The translations under genes were made by a program, and so were the position numbers. From the NCBI RefSeq assembly GCF_006345805.1, contig NW_021832284.1, positions 62,001 through 126,000 of the forward strand: DNA of 64,000 bases, in the 5' to 3' direction. Source of the stretch: Octopus sinensis. Taxonomy: Eukaryota. Positions 27,289 through 41,195 of the stretch are shown piece after piece. The notes beneath the pieces were generated by a model. It had not been told where the DNA came from. It saw only the letters and a program-made list of their open reading frames with translations, and searched no databases. Numbering within the stretch: the first letter of the stretch is position 1; each line of letters opens with the position of its first letter.

Positions 27289-28395
27289 AAAAATATTTGA
27301 TTACACCTGCGTTAAACTCCATTTATTTATTCATATATTATTCAAAATATTCCACGTAAACACGAAGTTTCTACCTTTATAAACAAGGAGTTACAACATC
27401 TTTACTTGTGAGATTTTTGCTACCCTGGTAACTATTTATTTTTTCCGTGTTAATTGTTAACAAGGTAAAATACACTCATCTATTTATATATATATATGTA
27501 TATATATGTGTATGTATGTTTAAGGTTGAAAAGGAAAAGTATTTTAAAAAACCTCTTAGTTTCACCGAATTGTACCGAAATATCGATCCATTTTTGTTGC
27601 TTTTTTCTTGTTTATAATCACCCTGCATTATCTTATGGTTAATACCGGAGGCGCAATGGCCCAGTGGTTAGAGCAGCGTTAGACCAGACCGGGCGTTGTG
27701 AGTGTTTATTGAGCGAAAACACCTAAAACTCCACGAGGCCATGTCACTCTCTGTGTCACGCTGAATATCTCTGAGAACTACGTTAAGGGTACACGTGTCT
27801 GTGGAGTGCTCAGCCACTTACACGTTAATTTCACGGGCAGGCTGTTCCGTTGATCGGATCAACCGGAACCCTCCTCGTCGTAATCGACGGAGTGCTTCTT
27901 TTTTTTTTAGGTATTATAATACATTTGCTTAAAAAATTAAAAACTACAATTCGATTTAAACACAGATACATTTCCAACCCTACATTTGTTCATGTGTGGG
28001 AATATATCTCTTTTCTTCAAATATTTTTATGTATTTGTATGTGAATGAGTGTGTGCGTGCATGTATGTTTGTATGTTTATGTTTATATATACACACGTAT
28101 CTGTCTATATCATTGTATATAACTTACACATATTTGTGTCTATGTATATCTACACATGCAAGAATACAAGACACTTTTATTATCATGGAGTTGTTAGTAA
28201 ATTTATACCAAGAAATTTACAGAGCTCAGAGTGAGGCCGGTTGGATGATTGTCGTAGATATATTTAGTAAGAACATTCAAATAGTTTTAAAACAAAGTTA
28301 AGAATAAGGTATGGCAAACACATATTTTCAAATGCATCAATTAGTTATTAGAAATAATTTAAATGCAAAAGCAAGACATCAACAGCAGTAGCAAG

Positions 28396-28620
28396 TGGAG
28401 GCGCAATGGCCCAATGGTTAGGGCAGCGGACTCGCGGTAGGAGGATCGCGGTTTCGATTCCCAGACCGGGCGTTGTGTGTATTTATTGAGCGAAAACACC
28501 TAAAGCTCCACGAGGCTCCAGCAGGGCGTGGTGGCGACTCCTGTTGTACTCTTTTGCCCCAACTTTCTCTCACTCTTTCTTCCTGTTTCTTGTCCCCGAC
28601 TTCCTACGCAACGGCTGAGA
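28396..28620 (+). mobile_element. tRNA-derived SINE family C (ggaggcgcaatggcccagtgg...); other copies at 3257-3530, 27646-27895, 30225-30480, 54298-54460
   Basis: A-box tggcccaatggttag, B-box ggtttcgattccc, shared body gagcgaaaacacctaaagctccacg. Confidence 0.8.
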
Positions 28621-29072
28621 CTGAATGCGCATTCATCTATCCGTCGATACTCTCGGTGTCGGGGGTTGGCCTGCTTTCTCTTCTGCGGGTCTTACGAATA
28701 GCAAAGGACTACGTTTCGGACTTCTCCCAAGAACGAAGACCGCTTCGCTCAACAAACAAACAAACAGCAGCAGCAATTTCTAATAACCACAAGAAGATTT
28801 TAAAGACGAAACATTTTTAAAAGAAGAATTTAAAGAAAGACTAAGAATTTTTTCAAATAGATATTTAGACTCTTTATTTGTGCTTGTACATATAATGGTT
28901 TACTTGACGTAATTTAGGATATAGGTCATTCAGAAAAACCTGCAAAGTATTAAAAAATGAAAAACTTTAGAAATCTTTAAAACATATCAATATTTATCTA
29001 TATAAAATACAATGTTTTCAATTCAAATACCGGGAAACAAGCAAGCTGAGAACTAAACAAAGTGAAGCAAAT

Positions 29073-29168
<96 letters not shown>

Positions 29169-29195
29169 GAGATAGATAGAGAGATTGATAGATAA

Positions 29196-29260
<65 letters not shown>

Positions 29261-29275
29261 GAGATTGATAGATAA

Positions 29276-29367
<92 letters not shown>

Positions 29368-29431
29368 CCAAACACAGACAGATAACTACATTTTACTCTG
29401 AAAGAACCTTAAAAGATAAGAAATATAATGG

Positions 29432-29526
29432 TTAGCTCGGCTCTACGAGGAGGTGGTGATCGTTAGAACACCTTCGATCACAAGTCCACTCAGTCGAGTG
29501 AATTGCGATTAAGAAGAACAATGCAA
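29432..29526 (-). CDS. Candidate terminal exon: VALFFLIAIHSTEWTCDRRCSNDHHLLVEPS*
   Basis: ttatttaacag acceptor, phase 1 frame open to TAA; AATAAA downstream near 28880; no domain support. Confidence 0.3.
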
Positions 29527-30176
29527 CTGTTAAATAATTAATGCAATTGTTATATGAATAACTAATTTATTCACAAACTAATAATATCTAACGTGATTTT
29601 TTTAATTGTCTTCAATGTGTGCAGCGTGTAAAGTCCGTCTCAGAATTCACAATAGAAATACGGCTGCCCAATAATAATCCATTCTACTTGGAGCACAAGG
29701 CCTATAATTTGGGATACAAGGGACAAGTCGATTACATTAACCTTAGTACTCAACTATTTGTTATTTCATCGACCCCGGTGCGCAACTGGTTGTTATTTCA
29801 TCGACCCCGAATGGATAAAAGTCGATCTCGGCGGAATTTGAACTCAGAACGTAAGGAAGAAAAAATGCTGCTAAACATTATACCAGTTTGCCACATTCGA
29901 ATGTCAAATAACATCCTTTCTGCTAAAGGTAAAAGGTCTGAAACGTTGAGGGAGGGACTAGATGATTACAGCTGATACATATTCTGTAAACCACCGAAGG
30001 GCAAATGCAGCCTCGGCGGAACTTGATTTCACGAATATCCAACAATATCGAGAGTAAACTTACCAACGTATACTGTGTCTTCGTCACCATACAAACCATG
30101 ATGCTTTATAGCATGTTCGCAGATATGACATTGCTTTTTAGGAGCCTCTCCAGATGGTAACCGCACGAACACACAC

Positions 30177-30220
<44 letters not shown>

Positions 30221-30471
30221 AATCACATGGCCTCGTGATTAGAGCAGGACGATGTGTGTGTTTATGAGGGAAACTCCTAAGCTCCACGCGGCCCCTGCAG
30301 AAGATAATGGCGAACTACAACCGACTCTTTCACCACAACTTTCTCACAGTCTTTCTTCTGGCATCTAGAAGCTCACCTGCGACGGACCGGCGTCCCTGCC
30401 GGATGGGGAACCTACTCCAATGAAACCGGGGAACCGGCCCTTATGAGCCAGGCATGGATCGAGAAGGAACG

Positions 30472-30552
<81 letters not shown>

Positions 30553-30957
30553 CGCAGGAGTGGCTGTGTGGTAAGTAGCTTGCTAACCAACCACTTTGTT
30601 CCGGGTTCAGTCCCACTGCGTGGCATCTTGGGCAAGTGTCTTCTGCTACAGCCTCGGGCCGACCAAAGCCTTGTGAGTGGATTTGGTAGACGGAAACTGA
30701 AAGAAGCCTGTCGTATATATGTATATGTATGTATGTGTATGCGTTTGTGTGTCAGTGTTTGTACCCCTAGCATTCCTTACAACCGATGCTGGTGTGTTTA
30801 CGTCCCCGTCACTTAGCGGTTCGGCAAAAGAGACCGATTGAATAAGTACTGGGCTTACAAAGAATAAGTCCCGGGGTCGATTTGCTCGACTAAAGGCGGT
30901 GCTCCAGCATGGCCGCAGTCAAATGACTGAAACATGTAAAAGAGTAAAGAGTAAAGA

Positions 30958-30995
<38 letters not shown>

Positions 30996-31131
30996 CATAT
31001 ATATATATACACTTAGAAAAGGATGCGTGGCGTTCGATCATATATTAACATAAATGATATAAAATATATGTATATTTACATACATATATTTACATACCTA
31101 ATTATTTTTCTCTTCTTCACCGTGCTCTCTT

Positions 31132-31207
<76 letters not shown>

Positions 31208-31857
31208 TTCCTCCTTGGCTCTCTCGTTGCTGACACGTGACGAAAGGGAATCTATCTTTCTCTCCATTTCTCTCCTAAAGTCAAAACTGTCTCCTCTCAT
31301 AGCTCATCCTCCTAGCGTTAATAATAATTTATCTATCGTCTTGGCTCAACAGCCTTCACCGTTTGTTTTTACTGTCTTGTTTTCACTGTCCTGTTCTTGT
31401 TACCACTTTCACCCTCCGCAAAAAATCCCAAAATTTATTTGATTTACTTTTCGGGAAGTACTGTTACAACGAAGTCGCGTATTGTCCTTGCCTTCGCGAA
31501 GCAGTGTAGATGAAACAGGGGAAAATTATGAAGGGGAATATTCTTTATGTTGCATGTCTCGTTTCTCTGTATTTTTCGCTGTTCGAAAAAAAGTACGTTT
31601 TCTATGTTTTCGTTTTTATGTTTTCGTTTCTTATTGTGTTAAAAGTTTTTTTGATGTCCATAAGCAGGTATGCATGTATATATACATATACGTAGGTATG
31701 TACTTATATGTATGTATATATGCATATATTTATACATTATTTTATTTATATATATATATATACGTAAGTACATGTATAAATATACATTTATATATAAGTA
31801 TATATATTTTTTTTTGTATATGCTTATATCTATATACGTATTTATATATATACATAC

Positions 31858-32017
<160 letters not shown>

Positions 32018-32784
32018 GTATGTATATATATATATGTATATATACATGTGTGTGTATGTCTGTGTGTGTTTGCGTAATGCTTTGCAGTATTTAATCTGCA
32101 TCTACGTTCTCAGTTCAAATTCCGCCGAGGTTGTCTTTGCCTTTCACTCTTTCCGGGCCGATTAACTTTCTATTGTTCATATCTCCCCAACAATCATTGA
32201 CTTATTCTGTTCAAAGAGATTTTAACCCAATATTTGCATTCTGTTATTTATATCTGAATCTCAGGCAACGAATTTGCAGAATTGTTACTGCGCCGGGCAG
32301 AATCGTTACTGCGCTGAGTTCAATTTCCTCAGTGGTTGAATTTTGGCTTTCATTTTCTCAAAGCTAATGAAATAAGTACCAGTTGAGCACTTGGGCTGAC
32401 GTAATCCACTTTCCTTCCACAAAATTTGTAGCGATCTGCCAAAATTTGTAACCATTATTATAAAAATAAAGCCAGAGAGCTGGTTCAATCGTTTCTTCAC
32501 CGCAGAAATACTTAGCAGAATTTCGTCCATCTTGGCATATTGGATCCAGATTCCGCCCAGGTCAAGCAGTGCCTCTCATTCTTATCTAATCAATAAAACA
32601 AGTACTACTTGAAGACTGGTCCCCATTTTATCAACTTACAACCTCACAAGAAATTATTGGATTTCGACTAAAATTTGAAAAGTGTATTACAATTATACTT
32701 GAAAACAACGAAGAACAAATTATTTGCCTAAAATTACCAGTTCAATGAAAATGCATTAATAATAATTACAAAACCTTTACTCAC

Positions 32785-32968
32785 CAGTGTGAACACATTT
32801 TCCGTTCTGAAGAATGAAATTTTCCTTACAAACACAGGCATATCTTCCTCTTTCAATTCCGCAGTGGCTGTTTTCACCACAAGGAGTGATATCTTCTGTT
32901 ACGACTTCGTTACCAGGTTTACATATTTTCTTTGTTTTACAATCTGCTGATATAATTTCCTCATTAAC
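32785..32968 (-). CDS. TILa/EGF-like exon: VNEEIISADCKTKKICKPG...CGENSHCGIERGRYACVCKENFILQNGKCVHT
   Basis: 184 bp, phase 0-1; ctacag|GTT...G|gtgagt; Cys pattern as follows TIL in FCGBP/zonadhesin repeats. Confidence 0.85.
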
Positions 32969-33413
32969 CTGTAGGTAAGTTTCAATAAATTGAAACCTTA
33001 TTATACCAGTGTATATTTATGGACTGAACATTTAATGAAACTTTAAAATATTCCAGTAGAATATTGATGGTGTTTCTAAGACTGAAGCTCAAAGCCTTGT
33101 TTTATCACGTATGATAATACATTAGAATACGCTATCATTGATAATCCTAGTTTAATTTCTGTTAGTGTAACACGTGAGCTTTTATATAAAGAAAATATAC
33201 ATCGTGACCAGATGGTCGGTTCCAAAGTAAACACCAACAGTAATTAATTTAATAAATGATAACCTATCCATATCTTTTATGCCTAATGGTATTTATTATA
33301 CAGCCCAAAGTCTGTCTGAGTCTGTGTATATGTGTGTCTATGTGTGTGTGCGTGCGCGCGTGTATTAGTATCTATTTTCATCTATGTATACAAATTTTCA
33401 TACAGTATTTTAC

Positions 33414-33604
33414 CTTCATATATATCTTGTTGTCGATACAGCCGCATTCTGTTTCAGGTACACACTGTTCACCACTCAGAATAAAGCCTTGTCTACAAAC
33501 ACAACCTTGACTGGAACCTGTGCAATTTGGTGATCTATCAGCGCACGAAGGTTGACAGCTGCTAGTCTTGTATTGGAACTCTTCCTTTTCCTTGCATTTC
33601 ATCG
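33414..33604 (-). CDS. TIL domain exon: MKCKEKEEFQYKTSSCQPSCADRSPNCTGSSQGCVCRQGFILSGEQCVPETECGC
   Basis: 191 bp, phase 1-0; C..C..SC...GCVC..GF...CVP..ECGC. Confidence 0.9.
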
Positions 33605-33988
33605 CTGGAATAAAATACAATGGAGAATCATAACAAACAGGTATTTTCTTATAAATAGCAAAATATTTACGAGGAACACAATAACTATGTCGATAATATG
33701 TAAACCTTCAGTGCAATGTTTTGGGAATCAAACAAAATATCAAATATTTGTCTGAAAATTTATGTATAAGAAACAGGGATGGATCGAATTCGAAAGTAAT
33801 AATCAACTTAAATTCTAATAAATACAAATCAAATCTACCAAGTCTCTACAATATATCGAAGAAGAATTGTGTCGCGTATTCAGTAAGGTTTGTTGAAAAA
33901 AGGCTGATATCTATTCGCAAATTTCTTAAGTAATGCACTTGGAGGCATTTCAGAATTCTATACTTCGTTATATATACATACAGAAATA

Positions 33989-34336
33989 CGAGGTCTGATC
34001 ACTAAGTATACGGACTGTTGCGATAGTAACGAAGCTAAACCACGTAGACTGAAGCCGCTTGGCAGGAATTCACTTTGGATACGGTTGTGCAAACTCATGA
34101 AGTATTAAAGTTCTAGCTCACTTCTGCTGTTTACAGCAGTTCTTGGAATGGACGCGTGTAACATATGATCGTCGCATTGACCATGCCAGAGAAAGTTGTC
34201 ATGGTGATACCAGCTCAGAGGTCGACGGATAGTTGCAGACAGTGTACGCACCGCGCACAAATGTACGAGTGGTCCAGATATTTGCTTTGGCTTCGTTACT
34301 ATAGCAACAGTCCGGATACTCACTGATCAGACATCG
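33989..34336. mobile_element. Mariner-derived MITE
   Basis: About 49-bp imperfect TIRs cgaggtctgatcactaagtatacggactgttgc...; TA at the left flank. Confidence 0.75.
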
Positions 34337-34542
34337 AAAGTTTTTTCTTGAGTTTATGAATTAGTGTTATCTAAAAGCCCAAACAGTCGAACAATATATA
34401 TTCGAAGGATTTAGCAAATATTATTTCATAGTCTCTCGAAGAACTGAGATGTAATTCGACAATATCTTATCTTGGACACATCAAGATGTAATGCGCCATA
34501 TATCATGTTCTTAGAGGAATGTAAAGAAACAGTAAATCTTAC

Positions 34543-34811
34543 GGCATTGTGATATTTCTCTCCAATTAACGAAAATTCCCACACTTTCGCATTCTGTAGC
34601 AAAACCTTCAATGATTCGACAGAAAACAGAGTGGTGGTTCGTAGGATCATTGTGATAACTACAGACATCGATTCTACAAGACTCCAAGTATTCTTCTAGA
34701 TGCGAAGCTCCGATCTTTTCAATGCAGGCTTCAAAGATTTTGTCATTCATTAAATCACATTCTTTTGTCTGCTCCTTTGAACAAGTCGAATTAACATCAT
34801 TCACTTTGCAT
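34543..34811 (-). CDS. C8 domain exon: CKVNDVNSTC...YLESCRIDVC...FATECESVGIFVNWREISQC
   Basis: 269 bp, phase 2-1; C8-like Cys pattern ending ..WR...C. Confidence 0.9.
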
Positions 34812-35897
34812 CTGAAAATAAAAATAGAAAGCGAAATGATGAAGTTAAGAATAGTTGTTATGATGTATGATTTCTCATTTGCTAACTAGAAACCATGCGT
34901 ATTTTCTGAGTAAAAACTTACTGGTGAGTTAATTAATTATGATTCACATCTCTCTACTTTTGTTAGCATCTGATGTACAACAAAATTCCAGATGTCAAAT
35001 ATTCCCTTCATCTAAAATCTTACCAAATCATCCAACATTCTTAACTCATTTCTTGCCTTATATATAAAAACAGAAGCAAATAAACAACCCATATGCAAGT
35101 CATGCATGCGCGCATTCTTTGATCGTCGATCAGCTCGATTAGAACAGTCCAATTCTTTCTCTACTCTAGGCACAAGGCCCGAAATTTTTGGACAAGGGGC
35201 CAGTCGATTAGATCGACCCCATTATGCAACTGGTACTTAATGTATCGACCCTGAAAGGATGAAAAGCAAAGTCGACCTCGGCGGTAATTTCGTAACACAT
35301 TTCCTCCGCTTTGACTGAAAACTTTCAAAGTTAAAACATAAATAGTTATTTCTACGACAGGCACAAAATCTGAGGTTTGAGAGGATGGAGTAAGTCGGTT
35401 TCATCTCGATTTCTACTTCCTTTATCGAGTCTGAACAGATGAAAAGCAAAGATGTCTTCATCAACGTTTCAACGCAGAACGCAAAAAGCTGACAGAAATA
35501 ATACTAAACATTTTGATGTGTGCCGTAACGGAAACTATTTTTATTTATGGCTGACCATCTTAAATAACCATACTTCAAGATTTCAGCACAATACCAGCGG
35601 TTTATCGGTATGGGTGCTAATCGAAAACATTGACCTAGGTTTTGACTGGTAATTTTATCGACCCCAAGATCAGAACGTATGGAACCCAAGGGAACGCCGC
35701 TAATCATTTTTTGCCACGCTCTAAACATTCTGCCAGCTCACTCATTAACCGTTCTATATTAGTTTTATAACCCCTAAAACTGACTCAATAACTGCCCATG
35801 GGCATATAGCGTAATGGTTAAGAGCGCGGGATTCTAAATCCAAGTTGCGAGTTCAATTCCTTTGAATAATAATAATAAGAAGAAGAAGAAGAAGAAG

Positions 35898-35928
<31 letters not shown>

Positions 35929-36121
35929 TAAGCAAAAAAATACCTTTGTAATGAGAACCAAGGGTTCAAAATTCTACGGAAACGTTGTGGTAACAACAAA
36001 CAAAATCAGGAGACATATCCGTCTAATGTAAATAATGTGAATAATCACAGATTAACGTGAAAACAGCTAAATCTTGATAATAAGACATAATACTGTGGCA
36101 TATTCATTGCGCCATTTGATA

Positions 36122-37405
36122 CGGGGGGCGTTCAATAAGTAATGCCCCTGACCCACTTCCCATAGCAGTAGAGCAACGAAACTTTATTAGTCTTTTTCTA
36201 CATAGGAACCACCCAGAGTTATGCATTTTTCCCATCGTTTGATGCAGCTCTGGAGACCATTTTTTGTAGAAGACACCAGCTTGGTCCTCCAACCTCGACG
36301 TGACTTCAGAAATCAAGACTGCATCATCTGGGAAACGCTTTCCTTTCAAAAACAACTTCATGGCTGGGAAGAGCTGAAAATCAGAGGGTGGAAGGTCAGG
36401 AGAGTAGGGGGGATGGGGGAGGAGTTCATAGCCGCACGCCTGTGCTTCTGATCTGGCGACAAGCGAGTTGTGGACCGGAGCGTTGTCCTGCAGGAGGAGG
36501 ATGCCTTTGCTGATCTTGCCCTGCCTCTTGATTTTGATAGCTTCTCTTAATTTCCTCAAAAGTGAAGCATAATAGGCTCCTATAATTGTGGTACCCTTTG
36601 CCAGGAAATCTGTCATCACTACTCCGTCCTGGACCCAGAAGACTGTGAGCATGACCTTGCCAGCGGAGGGCTGAACCCTTGCCTTCTTTGGAGGAGGTGA
36701 GTCACGGTGCTTCAACTGCATTGATTGGGCTTTGGTCTCTGGATCATAGTGATGGACCCATGTTTCATCCTGTGTAATCAGTCTTTTGAAAAAGTTTGAC
36801 TCATCTTCTTGGCACTTCTCCAAATTCATCCTCAAGCACTCGACGCGTTCTTGCTTCTGGAAAGGTGTGAGCAACTTGGGAATCCATCTGACAGACACCT
36901 TTTGCATATGCAAATGGTCATAAATGATAGTTTCCACAGACCCGGTACTAATTTTGACCTCATGGGCTATTTGGCGAATAGTTATGCGTCGAGCTTCTAA
37001 AATGTCAGCCTCAACTTGACGGACAGATGCCTCATCAATGGCAGAAAGGGGCGACCAGATCTGGGAGCTGTTTCCACTGAGTTCCGACCATGTTTGAATT
37101 CACGATGCTAGCGTTTTACAAGGTCATATAATGGGGCATCATCACCATAAGTTACTTTCATTTCATCAAAGTCTCCCGTGGTGTGCGTCCTTTCAAATAC
37201 AAAAACCGGATCACTGCTCGACACTCAACAGTCTCCATTTCACACTTGACTCAGTTCAAACACCTGTAAATCAGAAACCACAATTAGTTCAGAGCTGTAA
37301 TTTGCCAATTAATCTATAGAGATATAAATAATTGCACATGCAAAATTTCAGCTAGATCAAACAAATGCAAGTGGGTCAGGGGCATTACTTATTGAACGTC
37401 CCTCG
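36122..37405 (-). mobile_element. Full-length (1284 bp) mariner DD34D element, transposase disrupted
   Basis: TIRs cg(g/a)gg(g/a)cgttcaataagtaatgcccctgacccactt, TA TSDs; WIPKLLT, DETW, QDNAP, HPPYSPDLPPSD; N-terminal stops and frameshifts. Confidence 0.95.
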
Positions 37406-37473
37406 TATACTATCAACAATTTACATAATATTTATTTTTGATTTTGGAGTTTGAGAAAGAAAATAATCATTAC

Positions 37474-37781
37474 TTTGTTTCGGGTTTATCACTGTCATCT
37501 TCAACTTGATAACTGGCACCAATTAAAGAAAATTTATTTGCTTTCTGAGAAACATCTTCACCAGATTTCGGACGAAAGTCATCTTTTTCTCCGTTACAAT
37601 CTCCACAGATTCCAGTCAGTTGATCGGCAAATATTGGTGGTAATGTAACAGTGACTCTATGTCTACCATCAAACATGATCTTCAAACCCCATTCAGTGGT
37701 AACTGTAATCCACCCGACAGAGTACGTGGCTGAAAACTCTTTATAATTTCTTACGGGTAACGACTTCTCTTCTGAATTTAT
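37474..37781 (-). CDS. VWD domain exon 2: INSEEKSLP...LTGICGDCNGEKDDFR...KPETK
   Basis: 308 bp, phase 0-2; GICGDCNG motif typical of the VWD C-half. Confidence 0.9.
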
Positions 37782-38819
37782 CTGAAAATTAAATTCAAGA
37801 AAATAGGACAGGTATGGAAATCAAGTATTTTTTTTTATATATAATGCATGTATTATTTTTAATACTTTACTTGATTTAGTCATTGGACTTTGCCCATGCT
37901 TGAGAAGTTTAGTCGAACAAATCTCAAATCCTTATTTGTTTTTCATGTCTAGTACATATTCAATTGATTGCTTTTTTGTACGGGGGCGAAAAAAAATAAA
38001 AATAAAAATTAATTTTTTTTTACAGAAATAAAAATAAAAATATAAATAATTTTTTTTACAGAAATAAATATTAAAATAAAAACAAAAAATAATAAAAAAA
38101 TAATAATAATTATATATATATATATCACGTGACCGACCAGACCATCAGATGTTGCTACACATCGCTGGTCACAATGCGTTCGCATTGTTTTAGCATTCGA
38201 ATGACGCCACCCCGCTGGCTAAGCGAGCAGGCCAACATATATATATATATATATATAAATTTATATTGGAAATAAGTAGACTCTGTGTCAGCTGCTGACG
38301 TGTTTACCAAACCACAAACTGAAAAATATTTTGTTACTATTCCAACGATTGGAGATCATTTGGTTATACTCTTGTATTATTTTTTGTATGGCAAATCCTA
38401 CGAACCGTCATAAATCCTATTATACATATTATGATTAATTCCACATTCTATAAATTATTTTATATCTATTTTAAAGCATAATTTTTTTTTTAAAGTTTTA
38501 GCTCAGAGCTGCAGCCATGCTGATGCACCGCCGTTTTGCGCTACACTGTTATTACTAGGGGCCTCCTCTAATATGTGGGACTTGGTGAAGAATGGAGTTT
38601 GATATAGCTACCCTCATTTGCACCTCTTGCCGTGAGGTAGGCTCATCTGGGACTCTCGACATGAAGAGGTCCAGCTTTGATTTAAAAACCCCTACATCTA
38701 CTTTGTGCTAATTTGAACTAAATTCAAATAGCCGTATCTGCTAACGCAATTCATTTTGTCTTGCGTTTTATCTTTCCCAGCTTCCAGTGACTTTATGTTA
38801 AGTTTATATAAATACTTAC

Positions 38820-38960
38820 CATTGCATGCTTTAGTTGAGAATGTCGATGATATACTCTGTAAGACATCAAAACTATTCACTGAAAATACATATTTCGAAC
38901 TCGGCTCGCTACCAATTGCTTTGAGTTCGGTATTCGAAATCTTTTTCCCGACTCCAAATT
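38820..38960 (-). pseudogene. 5'-truncated duplicate of the VWA exon 3' end
   Basis: GVGKKISNTELKAIGSEPSSKYVFSVNSFDVLQSISSTFSTKACNG nearly identical to the VWA exon end, with donor and about 115 bp of matching intron; no upstream exon body. Confidence 0.8.
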
Positions 38961-39211
38961 TATACAGCATCATAATATTGTTTCGTTATGTTCAATATTA
39001 CAAATATTTCTTTCCATAATTCTTTCTCTTAAGAAGTTTAAGGCTTACATTTCTTTCATTAAGTCCAAGATTTCGATTATCTTCGATTCGTTCCTTGGTT
39101 CCAGTTGTTAAGTGCGTGGCATTCGAAAATACAACGTATCAAGCAGAATAATCTTTTGGATTCTTATACATTTACATAACTATAGGGTAAAGAGAGACAA
39201 AACGTACGTAC

Positions 39212-39459
39212 CAAGATTTTGTTAGCTGGCAACAGACGAATTGTGAAACCAGTGAGTTTGACATCCACTAAACGTGTGCAAGATATACGGTTATTCCCTC
39301 GGTGTTCGTTCTTTACTTCAACAGAAAAGTAGGTATTATTCGATCCGTTCTTAATAGTAGCCAGTGTATATTTGCATGTGCCCATGAAATGTATCAATTG
39401 TCCATCGAACGTATCATAGTGAAGGTCACCAGACACTTTACATATACATGGTTTCGAAG
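39212..39459 (-). CDS. VWD domain exon 1: ASKPCICKVSGDLHYDTFDGQLIHFMGTCKYTLA...NKIL
   Basis: 248 bp, phase 1-0; GDxHYxTFDG...F.GTCKY motif; ttttcag|...|gtacgt. Confidence 0.9.
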
Positions 39460-39659
39460 CTGAAAATATTCATTATATAAACTTGTAAACATTATAATAT
39501 AAGCCCCTGAATAATGCTTCGAAATGACAACATAGGTGAAATGTATATTTAAAATATTCGTTTATTATCATCGTCGTCGTCGTCGTTACTCTCACCACCA
39601 TCATCTACCTCATACCCATTATCATCCTCACCACGTAACATGTTTCTATTATTATTATT

Positions 39660-39790
39660 CAGTAGTCTTATTTTTATAGCGTGCTTTCACTTCACTATCG
39701 AGCGCAGCTTTGTGTGCCTTGGGTATGTGCTGTGGTTTGCTGTGATGCTCTTATTCTTACTGTATTGAAAGTGTTTTACATAAGATGTGT
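39660..39790 (-). mobile_element. Short 3' tail of the same Dong family as 759-2372
   Basis: About 85% match to 759-890; ends in (TAA)4. Confidence 0.85.
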
Positions 39791-39957
<167 letters not shown>

Positions 39958-40513
39958 TCAATGGAGACTTATAGCACAGACAATGGCAAATAAAACTGAC
40001 CACAGTTGTTCATTTTATTGACTGCTAGGGTATGAAAAGCTTAGATAACTCGGAAGGAGATTTAATACTCTGAAGATGCAAAGGGAAATAACTTAAAACC
40101 ATAAAATGTTTATCCCACTCAGTATTTACTGCTATATGCCTAGTGCTACACATTTAAAAGAAGAGCGGAGATAATTCCGTGGATCCTGTATGTGGTTGAT
40201 ACTTTATTTAATCCACAACATAATAAAGAAAGGTAATATTTACTCTGCCCGTATTTGGATTCAGAATGGAGACAGCAACTAAATGCTGCATGAAGTTGAG
40301 CGTTCTACCAATTCTGCCCATCCTTTGCCCGATTATAATAATGACTTGTATGACTTTTATTACTACCTCAGTCAATCTAAATGTATATATTTGTCGTTAC
40401 CTGTCAGAAATAGCCTTTTTTTATATGCAACGTGCATTTTCGTTGATTTTTCATATTTTACCCTTACATTTCCACGTGTATTTTATATTTTCTTTTTGTA
40501 ACATATTTCTACT

Positions 40514-40558
<45 letters not shown>

Positions 40559-40624
40559 TTATTTATTTATTTTATAGAAGGAGCTTCTACAGGACTAGAA
40601 CTGTTTCATTCAAATGAAATCATC

Positions 40625-40725
<101 letters not shown>

Positions 40726-40935
40726 ATATATATATAGTTCATCCAAACAAGAAAGCACAAAAAAACACAACAACGTGAGGACGTGGAACAAATATATTTA
40801 TATAGCTTCAAAGCAGATTTGAATAATTTGAATTAAATTCAAATGGCCGTAACTGCTAACTCAATTCATTTTGTCTTGCGTTTTATCTATCCCAGCTTCC
40901 AGTGCATTTTATGTTAAGTTTATATAAATACTTAT

Positions 40936-41167
40936 CTATTTCTTTACTACCCACAAGGGGCCAAACATAGAGGGGACAAACAAGGACAAACAAACGGATT
41001 AAGTCGATTATATCGACCCCAGTGCGTAACTGGTACTTAATTTATCGACCTCGAAAGGATGAAAGGCAAAGTCGGCCTCGGCGGAATTTGAACTCAGAAC
41101 GTAGCGGCAGACGAAATACCGATAAGCATTTCGCCCGACTTGCTAGCGTTTCTGCCAGCTCGCCGCC
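40936..41167 (-). mobile_element. SINE family A just downstream of the VWA donor (further full copies at 2982-3205, 54478-54708, 62025-62250)
   Basis: Full head-to-tail copy flanked by duplicated tatataaatactta; empty site in the 38800 paralog. Confidence 0.85.
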
Positions 41168-41195
41168 TTATATAAATACTTATATAAATACTTAC

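Larger units (their letters stand above)
24075..27488 (+). mobile_element. Penelope-like retroelement (Naiad/Chlamys type), frameshifted
   Basis: RT motifs QFDISNFYSSI, DIPMGS, GLYRDD, FLDITL; GIY-YIG (IYQC..FYIG) plus C-terminal CxxC..CKH; about 470-bp direct pLTRs at 24160-24628 and 27024-27488; inverted ORF-end copy at 24075-24152. Confidence 0.9.

Noticed and set aside
35805-35862. tRNA-like A/B-box sequence, and all SINE heads
   Set aside because: No complete cloverleaf; these are SINE 5' regions, not tRNA genes
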